A stretch of 64,000 nt of DNA, from assembly GCF_018977255.1 (NCBI RefSeq), contig NW_024704742.1:78060001-78124000 (forward strand), given 5' to 3'. The notes below the pieces were generated by a model. The model was not told the DNA's origin. It worked only from the letters and a program-made list of their open reading frames with translations, and did not search any database. The translations under genes were made by a program, and so were the position numbers. This document shows positions 10,976 to 23,700 of this stretch, piece after piece (position 1 is the first letter of the stretch; each line of letters starts with the position of its first letter). Origin of the DNA: Callorhinchus milii (taxonomy: Eukaryota).

Positions 10976-11009
10976 CAAATAAATAGAGAGAACAGGATGG
11001 TAGATACAG

Positions 11010-11090
11010 CAAATATATATTTACATATATATATATATATACGTATAACTTATATTCATATAATATATAAATTTATAATTTATATAATAT
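11010..11090. repeat. (TA)n / AT-rich low complexity
   Basis: atatatatat run and degenerate flank. Confidence 0.8.
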
Positions 11091-11508
11091 AGTTTAGTAT
11101 GTATGAGGATACAGGTGGCAGAGTTTTTAATTCTTTGGATTTTATAAATGGTAAATAAGAGTTTGAAACAACTGATTAGAACATTATTTTGATTATCCTA
11201 AATATGGTAAAAAAAACTCTCGTTTTTGTAAAACAAAATCATTAGGAGTTAGATTTGATTACATTTCAATTTGTAAATTAAAGGTAATAGATGAATTTAA
11301 ACTGAGTTTTTTTGAAAGATGCTTGAAAGGGAGGTTTATTAAAAGGTTATGGGGATTATGGAGAAAAACAAATGCAGACTGGATGGGCTAATCTCTTTCT
11401 GTGTTGTCGCATTCCATGATGGTTCAATAAAGTGAACACATTTTGTGCTATTGTTTGCAGTTACTGTTTTACACTATTCTTTAATTTGAACATCTTTTTC
11501 AGTTCAAA

Positions 11509-11745
11509 ATGTCCAGCAGCAAGACTTCTGCCTGTTTTGAACATCCTAGTAGGAAAAGAAGTTGGGGTAGAGATCAGTTTACCATTCCAAATACAGACAT
11601 TGACCCTGCTGACTTGAAAGATAGATTGATCAATAAAGCACCAAATCAGATCAGTCCAACTCCTAACACCCTCCACTTTAAACAACACACAAGAGCACAA
11701 GAAAAAAGAATTAAAAGGGAGCAAGCTGTAAAATTGGAACCTTTG
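11509..11745 (+). CDS. DNAH6: DNAH6 coding exon 1 (acceptor before 11503, ATG 11509; MSSSK...VKLEPL)
   Basis: tttttcAG|ttcaaaATG; donor TTG|GTAGGT; KLEPL joins PVLK of the next exon as in DNAH6. Confidence 0.75.
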
Positions 11746-14700
11746 GTAGGTAACAATATATTGTCTTATGCCATTTATGCATTTCAAACATCAGCTTTGT
11801 ATTGTATTTAAAGATATCATATGACAATTCTAGGCAAATAAATACAAGAGCTAGGACAGCACAAATAGCAACACATAGCAAATTATGATATTCTAAGTAC
11901 AATAATTACAAAATTATTCATTTAAAATTAGTTGTGCCCTGGTCACCCAAGGCTTATTATCATAAATTTCTCCACATGTGACACATAATTTCTCTCACAG
12001 CTGGTCAGTGACACTTGCGAAGCTACTTATAAGATGTCATGGCTGATGACAACATATTTTATATACAGTTGGTCACAATGGACGATAATGGTTCTCAACA
12101 AAGCACAAGTACAACAGCATATAACTCGCTGTGTTCGGAACACAATTAAAACAGGGTAACGACTTGCATCGCTTTGTCTATTGTGTAGAATATGTTTGTA
12201 TCAGGATTTTGCACACATTCAACAAGGTGATTGTCTGTATAACAACACAATGAATGCTACATTATAGATAGAAGAAATATGGAAATGGGCTAATGAAAAA
12301 TAAAAGTGATTGTATGTAATGTAAAATCATAGATGGCCAGCAAGTTACAAAACAGAAGTTTGTTTGGATAGTTTATCCACTGTTTAGTTTATAGTTATTT
12401 ATCTTTTGCCTTGGGAAGTTCATCAAGTGAATAGTTCAGTTATGTAAAGTGGTAGTTCCTTGCTTTGATCCACAGTCTGTGCAGGGTGAGGCAGATGGGA
12501 TGACATTAGGAATTTTATATTTAGTCAGAGCAACTCTGGGTTCAACAGTGGAAATTTGTCAGGATTCTGGCTTATTTATTATTATTTATTCATATCTGTT
12601 TTTAGTTGATTTCTTTGACAGTAGATTTGATTCACAATCAAAATTTTGAGTAAATATTACAACACAATCTATTTATCGTGTATTGTTCTACAGTCACTGT
12701 TTCTGTATTACGATGTGTTGGTGCATCTATTTTCATATCAGAGAAAACACTCTTAACTGCTCTGTAACTACAGCCTGTCCTGAAGAAAAAGCAAGACCTC
12801 GGTAAGTCAGGACAACTCTACGAAAAGAGTAAAGATCAATTGATAAGAGCAGGATGGGGCATTCCTAGTCCGCCACCAAAATGCTCACTGCCTTCTACAG
12901 CAGAAGACATCTCAACACATCAGTGGTTACCAGAGCTCCCAGCTGACTTAAAGAAGAAGCAGGTTTGAACAGAGCTATATTATAATATTAATAATAATAC
13001 TTGCATTTGATATACCGCTTTTCACGTCTTCTCGACGTCTCAAAGCGCTTCACAGAATAGACTGTAAAGTGAATTGACTGTATATTTGTGGGCGAAACAC
13101 GGCAGCCAATTGCGCACAGCAATGTCCCACAAACAGTCGTGGATTGAAAATGACCAATTTATTATTGTTTTGTTTTGGAGGGATTATTATTAGGCGTGTG
13201 GAGTAAGGAAATTTGGCCAAGGTTTCGCCCTGTCTGGAATTGAACCCAGGTGTCTTACTTGCAAAGCGAGTGCTCTAACCACTGAGCTACAGAACTCCAC
13301 GATTATATATATTTAATTAGATATTTTCAACCTCTTGCCTTAGATTTGTTTGGTCCTCACTGCTTTGCTACTGCGAGGGTAGTTAGTTGGCTTATTCTGC
13401 TCCTGCCAACTGTATTAGTTTGGCAGGATTGCGCAGGTAAAAATATGCACTCTGATTTCCTTTTTCTTTCTCTACAGAAAGATGTCACGGATACCAATAA
13501 TAAAACAATAGTAATCCTTGATATAGCGCCTTATCAGGTCATCAAAACATCTCAAAGCGCTTCACAGAATTATTACTAATTCTATGTCCATCGCCTTGGG
13601 ACGTTCCCAACTTGAAAGGCGTAATACAAATGTAGTTTTGTATTGTATTGTGTAGTGACTGCATTTGTAGGTGAACTGTAGGGACTGTGGGATGGAGTTC
13701 CAGAGGGTGGGGCAGAGTGGCTGAAGGCCCGCCCGCCAATGGTGGGGCTGGCGAGATGGGGGACGTGAAGCAGGCCGGAGCGGGCTGAGCGGAGGGAGTG
13801 TGCAGGTTGGTAGGGGGTTAGGAGGTCACAGAGGTAGGGGGGAGGAAGGCCATGGAGAGCTTTGAAGGTGAGGACCAGGATCTTGAACTGTATCCTCTGT
13901 GTGATGGGAAGCTAATGGAGTCAGGCGATGATGGGGGTGATAGGATCACGGAGCCTGTATGGGAAAAGACACGAGCTGCAGAATTCTGGATGATTGCAGC
14001 CTATGGAGGGAGGAGTTGGGGAGAAACAAGCAATGTGTTTGTATAGTCAAGCCGAATGTTATGAATGCGTATATAAGGGGTCTCGGCGGACTGCAGTGTG
14101 AGACAGTGGCGGAGCCGGGTGATGTTGGGTGTCATCCGCATATATGTGGAAGTTGACCCCATGTCTATAGATGATGTCACTAAGAGGGAGCATATAGATG
14201 TTGAAGAGGAGGGAATCAAGGACAGAACCCTGAGGAACACCGCACAAGATGGTGCGGGGGCTAGAGGAGAAACCGTTTGTCGAAATGAAGTGGAGAATGT
14301 GTGAGAGGTAGGATCTGAACCATTCAAGGACAGCACAATGAAGGTTGAGGTGAGAGAAGAGGCGATGGAGAAGGATTGAGTGTTCAAAGGGATTGAACGT
14401 AACAGAGAGGTCAAGGAGGATGAGGAGGCAGAGGGATCCCTGGTCGCAGATAGACAAAATGTCCTTTGTGACTTTGACCAAAACTGTTTCTGTGCTGTGG
14501 GCGACACAGAAACACGATTGGAGGAGTTCGTGAAGGGAGTGGGGGGAGAGGAAGGAGCGAAGCTTGAATGACTCATTCCAGGACCTTGAAAAGGTTGGAG
14601 ATGGGGTGGTAGTTTGAGAGCAGGGATAGGTCCAAGGAGGGCTTTTTAAGGAATAGAAGTGATGACGGCTGTTTTTAAAGGGGTGGGAAAGGTGCCAGTG

Positions 14701-17700
14701 GACAGGGAGTGGTTTATGATGTCTGTGAGTAGAGGGGCAAGGAGGTGGAGCTGGGAGGTAAGGAGAGGGGTAGGGATGGGGTTAAGGGAGCAGGTGGTTG
14801 GTTTCATGTGACCTAACCACATACATTTAGTGAGTTAAATGTATTAACACTGACCCCAAATAAAGGTTAAAATGTCTGACAAGATCAGAAAATAGATTGT
14901 GGTTTGAACCTAGAATTTATAAGTTAATAATAAATTGCACCTCCTAGGTCGGTTTAAAGGAATGTAATGTGTTTACAAATCGGTAACATATGATGGGAGG
15001 GAAAGCATGTGATGTTTCCAGTTAAACTCATCAACGCTTTTTAATGTTAAAATACTCTATACAGATTGAGCTGGACACAAGAAGAATATCGTCTCCATCT
15101 CCACCAAAACAACATCCCCTTGAATTGTGTAGGACAAGTTCCTGCATGAGAATGAGTTTGCCTGCAGAATTGGAATACAGCTCAGCAGATGCTGTTATCA
15201 GGGAGGAAATAACAGATGTTCTGAAAATTATTGCAATAATTCGGGAGAACAAGCACCTAGGATTTTTGTACATGAATTATACCTCTCCCAAAGCTTCAAT
15301 TAATTTTGATTCTTATAATTTGAGGTGTGGTATTTCATTTTAAAAGTGTTTGATTTTGTAAATACATGCTCTAACGTTTGTCTCAAACATAATAATAAGG
15401 AAGATAATTCATATCTTTCAAATCATCAGTGACCAAGATCACCAAACTGAATTGTTAATATTTTATGTATATATTGCAGTGTTGTAACATATGAAGACAT
15501 CAACAAGAATGACTACTATACCATTAGCCATCATGGAGTTATGCATATGTGGGATGGAGACATTGAGTTCATAGAATTAGATCGCTGGGAACAAGAATAT
15601 CTGTATCATAAGCAACTTACTCTTATTCCGGTATTTTCACGTTTTCGCAAATGGAAGGCCTTTACAGTTTGGCGGAAGAATGTGATTACCATGAAGATTA
15701 ATCTATGTCGCAAAGCACTGCAGGAAAATCTCTTTATACTGAACCCAGTGAGTATACATTTATGTAGTGTTCCTGAATTAGCTGTAATAATTGAGATGCA
15801 ATGCATCAGACACAAATATAATGCAAACCCATGTTTATGCTGGAGTTGGCAAGTTGTAATTTAAAGGGGATTTATTGATATATTCTCAGGCTGAATTCTG
15901 AAAGATTGTAACTTAGCCAAGATTACACATCCTTTTGCAAAATCCACTTGAAAAATGAACTTAGGGATTAACTGCTTCACTATTCAGTCATGTGTTAAAT
16001 ATGGCACACAATTTCACCCCCTCCTGCCCGTCAGGAAGGTTGCAGGGAGTTCCTGGAACTTGCTATCACTCGTTAGTGAGGGCTCAAACCTGTGTTTGTT
16101 GGATGTTAAATGACCAAATGGGGACCATTGGGGGAGAGGTAACCGGGGGTCTACTTGGAGTTGAACTGGCAACAGAATGTCAGAATCAATTCAATCCTCA
16201 TGATGTTCTTGGAAGTCCAGTTCCTGAGCCAGGTGGGTCTGCATTGACATTGTTGATGACAGACCTGCAGTTTAACGCATCAGCAGGAGCTGGAAGGGCA
16301 GACTGGTCACTAGAAGCAGGGATTCTTCCCACTCAGCTCTGTTAACCCTACAAAGCAAAGCCCTAATAGGTAGATTAGTCCTCACTGGGCAAGTGAGTAT
16401 TTAGCTGGTTAAATCCCAACTCACATTCTGGAGTTCCTAAACCTTGTAGATATATTGGTGGAATGGAATGCACACTCTCCCTGGAGGGAAGCATCTTGCT
16501 TACCTAATTCTGGAAAGTATTAGGTGCAGATTAGCAAGAGCCAAGGCTTCGGGACCCCAGAGACTACTTTGGGGTATGCTAGAATTTAACCAGCTAAAAC
16601 TGCATTGCTTGCTATTGAAATTGCTGTCTGGCAAACTTTCTGCTGCTTGTTTGGTGGGGTGGGGGAATGTGTTCGGACACAAAACTAGATCATTGTTGAC
16701 TAAGATTCTGCTATTTCTTAACTGATTCAATATATTAATTATTGCTAGGAAAATCACACTTTTTCAAACCATAATGTTTAAATTGTATGAAATAAATATC
16801 AATGTAAATGTTTTAGGTGATGTTACTTAAAGTGAACTATCTTGATTTTGTTTTACCATAAAGTCATTGCGTCCTGCTCTTCTACAAATTCAAAATGTGT
16901 GTTATCACATTGGTGATTTGTCACTGTGTAAAATTGAAAAAGGACACACCTACACCTTACACGAGTTTAAGAGAGTGCAATATGAAAAGCTTGAAGAGGT
17001 AATGTAAATTTCATTTGAAATGCTTTTTTTGAAATACTATTCTTTGGCTGTTGTTCATTTTCCAATTATAATACTAAAGTGTTAAACCAACACCCAAATG
17101 TGGTGGTTTGGTGGAGGCGGGGGAGTGGCACAAATTCATTTCCTTATTTTGCTATTTCAAATGGCCTTAGCCACTTCAGAGACAACTAATTCATTTAATT
17201 ATGCTGAAATATTGGCTTCCAGTGAGCTTTCACTGGTGCAAATAATAGACCCTGATATCAAAGTCAATTTGTCAAAATATCAGCAATCTTCCAAATGATA
17301 ATGTTTATCATTTGAGAGATTGCTGATATTTTGACTAATTGAAATATTAGACATTTGTCCAAGTTAGATGTTTTTTTCAATACTAGAGGTAAATTGCTGA
17401 ACTATTTGCAGAGTAAGCTCAAATAACATGAGCTCAAGTCTTTTTAAACACTATGTTTTCTCTCAATTTGTGTTTGTCTCAAAATACAGACCTGCCCTTT
17501 GTCTCTCTGTATTTATTTCTTGCTTTTATCTTATATTTGCTGACACCTCCCCAACAAATGTAATAGTTTTAGGGGTCTTTCTCACGAACAATTGCTGATT
17601 GAAATTTTAGGAATATTGACCAGATTGCGTTCCATTCTTTATGGGTCATTCATCGTGCAATTTAGAGGTCTGTGTGTTGTGTAGCTACAACAAGCTCTCC

Positions 17701-20700
17701 AGTTCCATACAAAGTAATATTGAATCAAGTTGAGACATTCATTTCCCAACCCCTGAGAAACCAGTTAAAATATTGCAATAGGGGCATTTGCTGAGATATC
17801 TGCATTGAATCCTCAGGCATTAACTTGAAGTGTTAAATCTGTGAATAAAATAATAATAATAATAATCCTCGCATTTGTTATAGCGAGTTATCACGTCTTT
17901 GAGACATCTCAAAGAGCTTCAAAGAATATACTATAAAGTGAATTGATTATACAATTTGTGGGCGAAATGTGGCAGCCAATTGAGCACGGCAGTGTCCCAC
18001 AAACTAGTGGATTGAGTGACCAATTTTTTTAAGGAATTATTACCCTTGGAAAAGTGATCTGCCGATCGACTAACCACCAGGTTCCTACTTACTGCTAGGT
18101 AAGCAGAGGTGTGCCGAGTAAGGAAACTTGCCCAACTCAGGTTTCTCGCTTGAGAGGCGAGTGCTCTAACCACTGAGCTACAGGACTCCACCTAAAAATA
18201 AATATCTTCACTTTTGAGGAAGGAAATGTTATTTTTTTTTAATTGTTTATTTAAGGTGAAGAATTTTGTTCACTACCAATTAGTCTTGAAAGTTTGAAAT
18301 ATAGCTATGAAGCAGTTTTTGCTGTAGAATAGATGATGCTTAATATCTGATGAAATTCACTGTAGAATCCCCCAAAAAGTGTATATTGTTTTGTTTCTGC
18401 AGGCCTCTAGTGATCTGACTAACTTCAGAGAAATTACAAAAGGGATTGTAAGTGAGGCATGTAAGACGGCCTTAACAGAAGCTGGATTTACACCTGATCA
18501 GCTCCGTGATGAACTGAAGGAATCAGGTACTTAAATCATTGCCTGGAAAGTAAAGGAAAATGTCTGCATAATTATCTAAGTTTGAACCTTGTGTTTTCCC
18601 TTCATTAGAAACAAATAAACTTTAATCCCATGGTGCTTTGAGTTCATAAAATCATATCCTGTAGTATAACAAGGCTTATTATTGAATGGATGCTGTTGAT
18701 GTCACGCATACGGTCACCTTCCCCCTCCCCTTGGCTCGGCCTCGGGCTCCGCCATTGTTAAGCTCCCTGAGACGCCTCCCGGCATAGAGGGCCCTATATA
18801 AATGCAACTTGTTGTTGATATCACTTCCTGTGTTTTGCGCACGTGTGTTTTGAACTGGAAGTGCTGTTGATGTTGCTTCCTGCATGCTGTGCAATGAAGT
18901 TAGGTGCTATGTGCAGTAAGAATTGGCCAGTCAGTGTTCTATGCTTCCAATATACCATGGATTACAATGCGACTACACTAAAAACTGATCTATACTGGGT
19001 GCATTATAATAGGGTTCAGCTGTATACTGAAAATAAACACATTTTGCCAGTTGCAACTTTGTTTATTTTCTTTAGTTTTCTTTAAAGAATATTCTGGATA
19101 TGTTTCATAAATATAGTATTTTGCATTTTGTTACATATAGTATTTTGGTAAAAACCTTGTAACATTGAGATTGGGATAAACATCTGTTGTCTTTAACTTT
19201 GAAAACAGAACCAGTCAAAATATTAAACTGATTCTGTGACTATTTTGTCTTACAGATATTAGTCTTTCATATTCTAATATTAATATTGAGGCATTTGGAG
19301 AATTGCCCGATCAATTGAACTATACAGGACAAGCCAACAAGAGATCTCATTGCAGGAGATTAACCTGGTTAGTAATAATTTTATAAATACTCCACAAATA
19401 CTCTTTTTGATGTCCATAACCAATGAGGCTAAAATTCATTCCTATTTTTTCAGCTTCATCCGTCTTGCTGATTACCTCATGGTGAACATAATGCACTACC
19501 TTACAGTGAATTCTATCACACTTTTGGTCACTTATATGGAGGATCACCTGAAGCACATTCCAGATACCTTTACCATTAGAACATGGCGCACCCAGGAGGA
19601 AAAGGAGATTGAGTTGGAACTAAAGGTCAATACTGATAATTGCAACATCTTAGAGAAATTAGGGAAGCAATTTTCTTTAAAAGAAAAAAAAATCCTTTGT
19701 AATAGTGATTAAATTACCCCCAGCATTTGTCATCGAAATTCTATCCAATTAATTAATCTGGGTTTCAATGTCATTTCAGTTGTATAGCATGCTTCTCATG
19801 AATACCATACTCTGCTGACCGTGATATGGTGACTCTGCAAACTTGAAATTGCTTCATGTCCACCATCCCCTCTGCCTCACTATTGATGGGCGAATTTTCA
19901 GCCACCGTTCCTGCTATCTTGCTCTCTAAGTCTCTCTGCCTTGTGGAGTCTGTAGCTTAGTGGTTAGAGCACTCGCCTCGCAAGCGAGAGGACCAGGGTT
20001 TGTTCCCGGGCAGGGTGAATGTTGGACAAGTTTCCTTACTCCACACGCCTCTGTTTACCTAGCAGTAAGTAGGAACCCACTTGTTAGTTGATTGGTGGAT
20101 TACTTTTCTGGGGTTAATAATCCTTTCAAAATAATAATAATAATTTGGTCGTTCAATCCACAACTGTTTGTGGGACACTGCTGTGTGCAATTGGCTGCCC
20201 CGTTTTGCCCCCAAATATACAGTCAATTCACTTTACAATATATTCTGTGAAGCGTTTGAAATGTCTCAATGATGTAATAAGGCGTTTATTATTACTATTC
20301 TCTGCTCTGCACTCTCTGCTCGAGGCAACAGGTAATCCCAATTCAGGAAGGGTCTATGTATATTTATAGAAACTGAAATTGGTAAATACAATGCAAACAT
20401 CTGTCAGAGGTCACTCATTTTAAAATATCCTCCACAGAGTACTATAGATTGCGTTTTCATTTTAACTTTTCATGAACATATCATGAACCTATTATGGGAG
20501 CAATACAGTTGAACCCCCTTTCTGGTCTAGCCGAAAGTCCATGCTTCACATAGAACAGGGTACTTAATAGCAAACATGGTTAATTTTTTTTAAATTGACA
20601 TAAATTTTAGTATTCTGACCACCTTTCAGATGAAATAATATAATAATCCTTGCAGTTAATATAGTGCCTTATTACATTGTTGAAACATCTCCAAGCACTT

Positions 20701-23700
20701 CATACGAATTACTGTAGTGACAGTATTTGTAAATGCAAACAGCAGTGTCCCATCAAAAGCCACGTACTGAATGGCCAATTTTATCTGATGAATTGTTAGT
20801 TGTGCAGGTATATCAGCACAGATGGGGGAGAACAAGTTATCATCAAAGCTGTCATTATTTCGGACCCAATTATTTAAGAACTTTTCAATATTGATTGTTT
20901 TATGTGAGTGTATCCTGCAAAATGACTACAACTATTTTAATGTTAATGTTTTTGTGTTGTTTTTTGATTTTCTTAGACAACTACACAAACCCTATTACTT
21001 AAGGGGGATGAAGAAGACATTTCTGTGCCAATATTTGTTACAGAGCTTATCTTAAATCCTCAATCATTGCTGTTTCATCCTTCATTGGACGACTTTGAGG
21101 TTGGTCACTAACACTCAATTTTTAATTTTGTTAATCATTTTTTAATTTTGGTAAATCAACTTTGCAGCACCTTACCTCAGTTTCTCAGTAATGTGCTGGC
21201 AATGGAGGATTAGAAATAATGAGATTCTCTATGGCAGTCTCAGTATTCCCAGGATACCTAAGTTAGGCAGGTCTGCAGTACTCAAGGCATTTTCAGCTAG
21301 TCTTTCTAATTAATAAGAAGGAGCAGATCAATCACGGGGATTTGTGATTCTTTCCATTCAGTTTCAGATAACACTGCAAGCCAAAGCCCTAATGGGTAGG
21401 ATTTTTACATCTGAGCAAATAGCCAAACCCTTACTTGCGTTCTCTCATTACAAGCTGTGGGCGTTTAAACAACATATCAAACATGGTCAAACAACATATG
21501 TGGAAGTAGTTTGGTTTAGAGACTTTTAAGCGTGGGGATAGGTTTCCACGTGTGTCAGATTGAACAAAAAATGTTTTTTCTGAGGTCACCAGTGACTCTT
21601 CTACCTTATCCAAATAGCTTTTTTTTAATATTTGATCCTAAAGTTAGTATTTGCAGGCTTTTTGCCTGTGAGGACATCACAATAGTGCTCTGTCCTGTGC
21701 TTGACAGACATCCAAGGGCAATGTGGGGACATGGGAATACCCTACCAACCAGCCCATTTCCTACCCTTGGCAGGTATTCGCCAACTTCAGTGCCCTACCC
21801 TGCCTGTCCCTCCATTGGTGGTCAGGCTTTCAGCCTATCTGCTCCCACTCTCTGGAACTCCAACCCGGAATCTCTTTGCCTCACCCCTTTCCTTGCCTTT
21901 TTCAATTTTATTCTTTGACTGTGCCATCAGTCATTCCTCCCCCACATCCTTGGCTCCACCACTCCCAAACTCTAGACTGTCAAGCACCTTGGGACATCCT
22001 CCTGATGTGAAATACGATATATGAATGCAATTTGTTATTGTTGTCACTGAATAACGATCAGGAACTTGGTGATTTATTTTCCTTAGCCAAAACAAAAGGT
22101 ACTCATGTCCTATTGTTGTTCATTTAGCTAAAATCAGTTTATTCATAATAAATCAGGAATTGAATTTTCTTCTGTATGGCTTGGCATTAAGTAGTAGATT
22201 TACCACGAAAAGGAATTTAAACCATGAACCTTTGATTTCCTATCAGAAATATTGTGGGTTGCTGAATTGGTTGAGCACTAGACTTGGGACTAGTATGTTC
22301 TAGGGTTGAAGTCCAATAGGTCTACTCAAACTTTAACCATTTCAAAGTTGATCAAATAAATGAGGAATCCTGGGGTTGGACATTTGGAAATGTTACTGGT
22401 TAGGTCATGAACCTTTCACAATACCTGTTCAGATATTCAGATCAGGTATTGTGAAACTTAACAGTGTTTCATACAAGTAAGATATTTGATAGAATTTATT
22501 GCTATGATATAAACTTATTACAGTTTATAATTTAATTAAACTGATGAAAATATTTACTTACAAATCTTAATGAATGCAATAAAAATTCTAGGGCTTGAAT
22601 TTGGCCTGAATGCCCTGAATTTGGCCCTGATTTGGCAAGGAATTGTGTTGGTCAGGGAGAAAAAAGAATGGCTAGTTGTAGGATTTTGATTTTGTCACAG
22701 TAATGCCAGTATAATATGAATCCATGGTAAATGAAATAAAGTGATTTATGTGATGTCTTTTCTGCTAGTATGGGATTACTGAAGCTGTTCAGCAACTGCA
22801 GGATGTTGTGCTCTCTGTGGCTAATCTAGTTTCGGATGGACATTTTAATCCCTACACTCGTCCAGTTATCAACCACAAGATTGAAGAAAAGATGTATGGT
22901 GAGGGACCGAAGCTAGTTTTTATTCTAGAAGATGACACGCATTTGCAGAAAATCATCCAAAAGATAATGGTATGGTTTATCTTTTACAAATCCTGTTGTA
23001 AACACTGGAAGTTATCCATTAGTTATTCAATTGCAATAACAAAATCCATCCGTGAAGGCATCAAGGTCTTATCTTTGTAAACCAAATATTTAGGATTATT
23101 CTCCCAATATGATTGGCTACCACAATATTTTTTAGTTTACAGTTAGAACATAATGCAGGGATTTGAGAGTATTTGCTGTTTGGTGTCGTCTCGTGCATGC
23201 TCAGTAAAATCAAGTGGAAGGAGCGATATTTACCGGAAGTTTAAACATTAAAGTTTATATTTTTATTTCAAGATGCATGAAATACTTTGTGCTTTTGGTT
23301 TCCTTTTCAGTTGGTCTCAATAACTATGCAGTTCTACCCTTCTTACCTTTTTGATCATGAAAATTGACTTCCAGTTAACCAGCTCCTAACAACATGTAGG
23401 AGCAGGAGTAGACCATTCGGCCCTTCGAGCCTGTCCCGCCATTCAATCATGGCTGATCTTCTAATCTAACTCCAGCTAATAACCTAACCCTGCCTTATCC
23501 CCATATCCCTTAATCCCTTTTGCAATAAGAAATCTATCTCAGTCTTGAAAATGTTCAAGGACTGAGCGTCAACAGCCCTTTGAGGCCAGTTAAGTGCCAG
23601 AAATGTAAAGATTAACATCATCGGCTTGGGACATCCTCCTGACGTGAAACACGCTATACAAATATAATTTGTTGTTGTTGTAGTTTTCTAGTTTGTAAAA

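Noticed and set aside
20503..20560. Tigger-like end TACAGTTGAACC
   Set aside because: No matching opposite terminus found nearby
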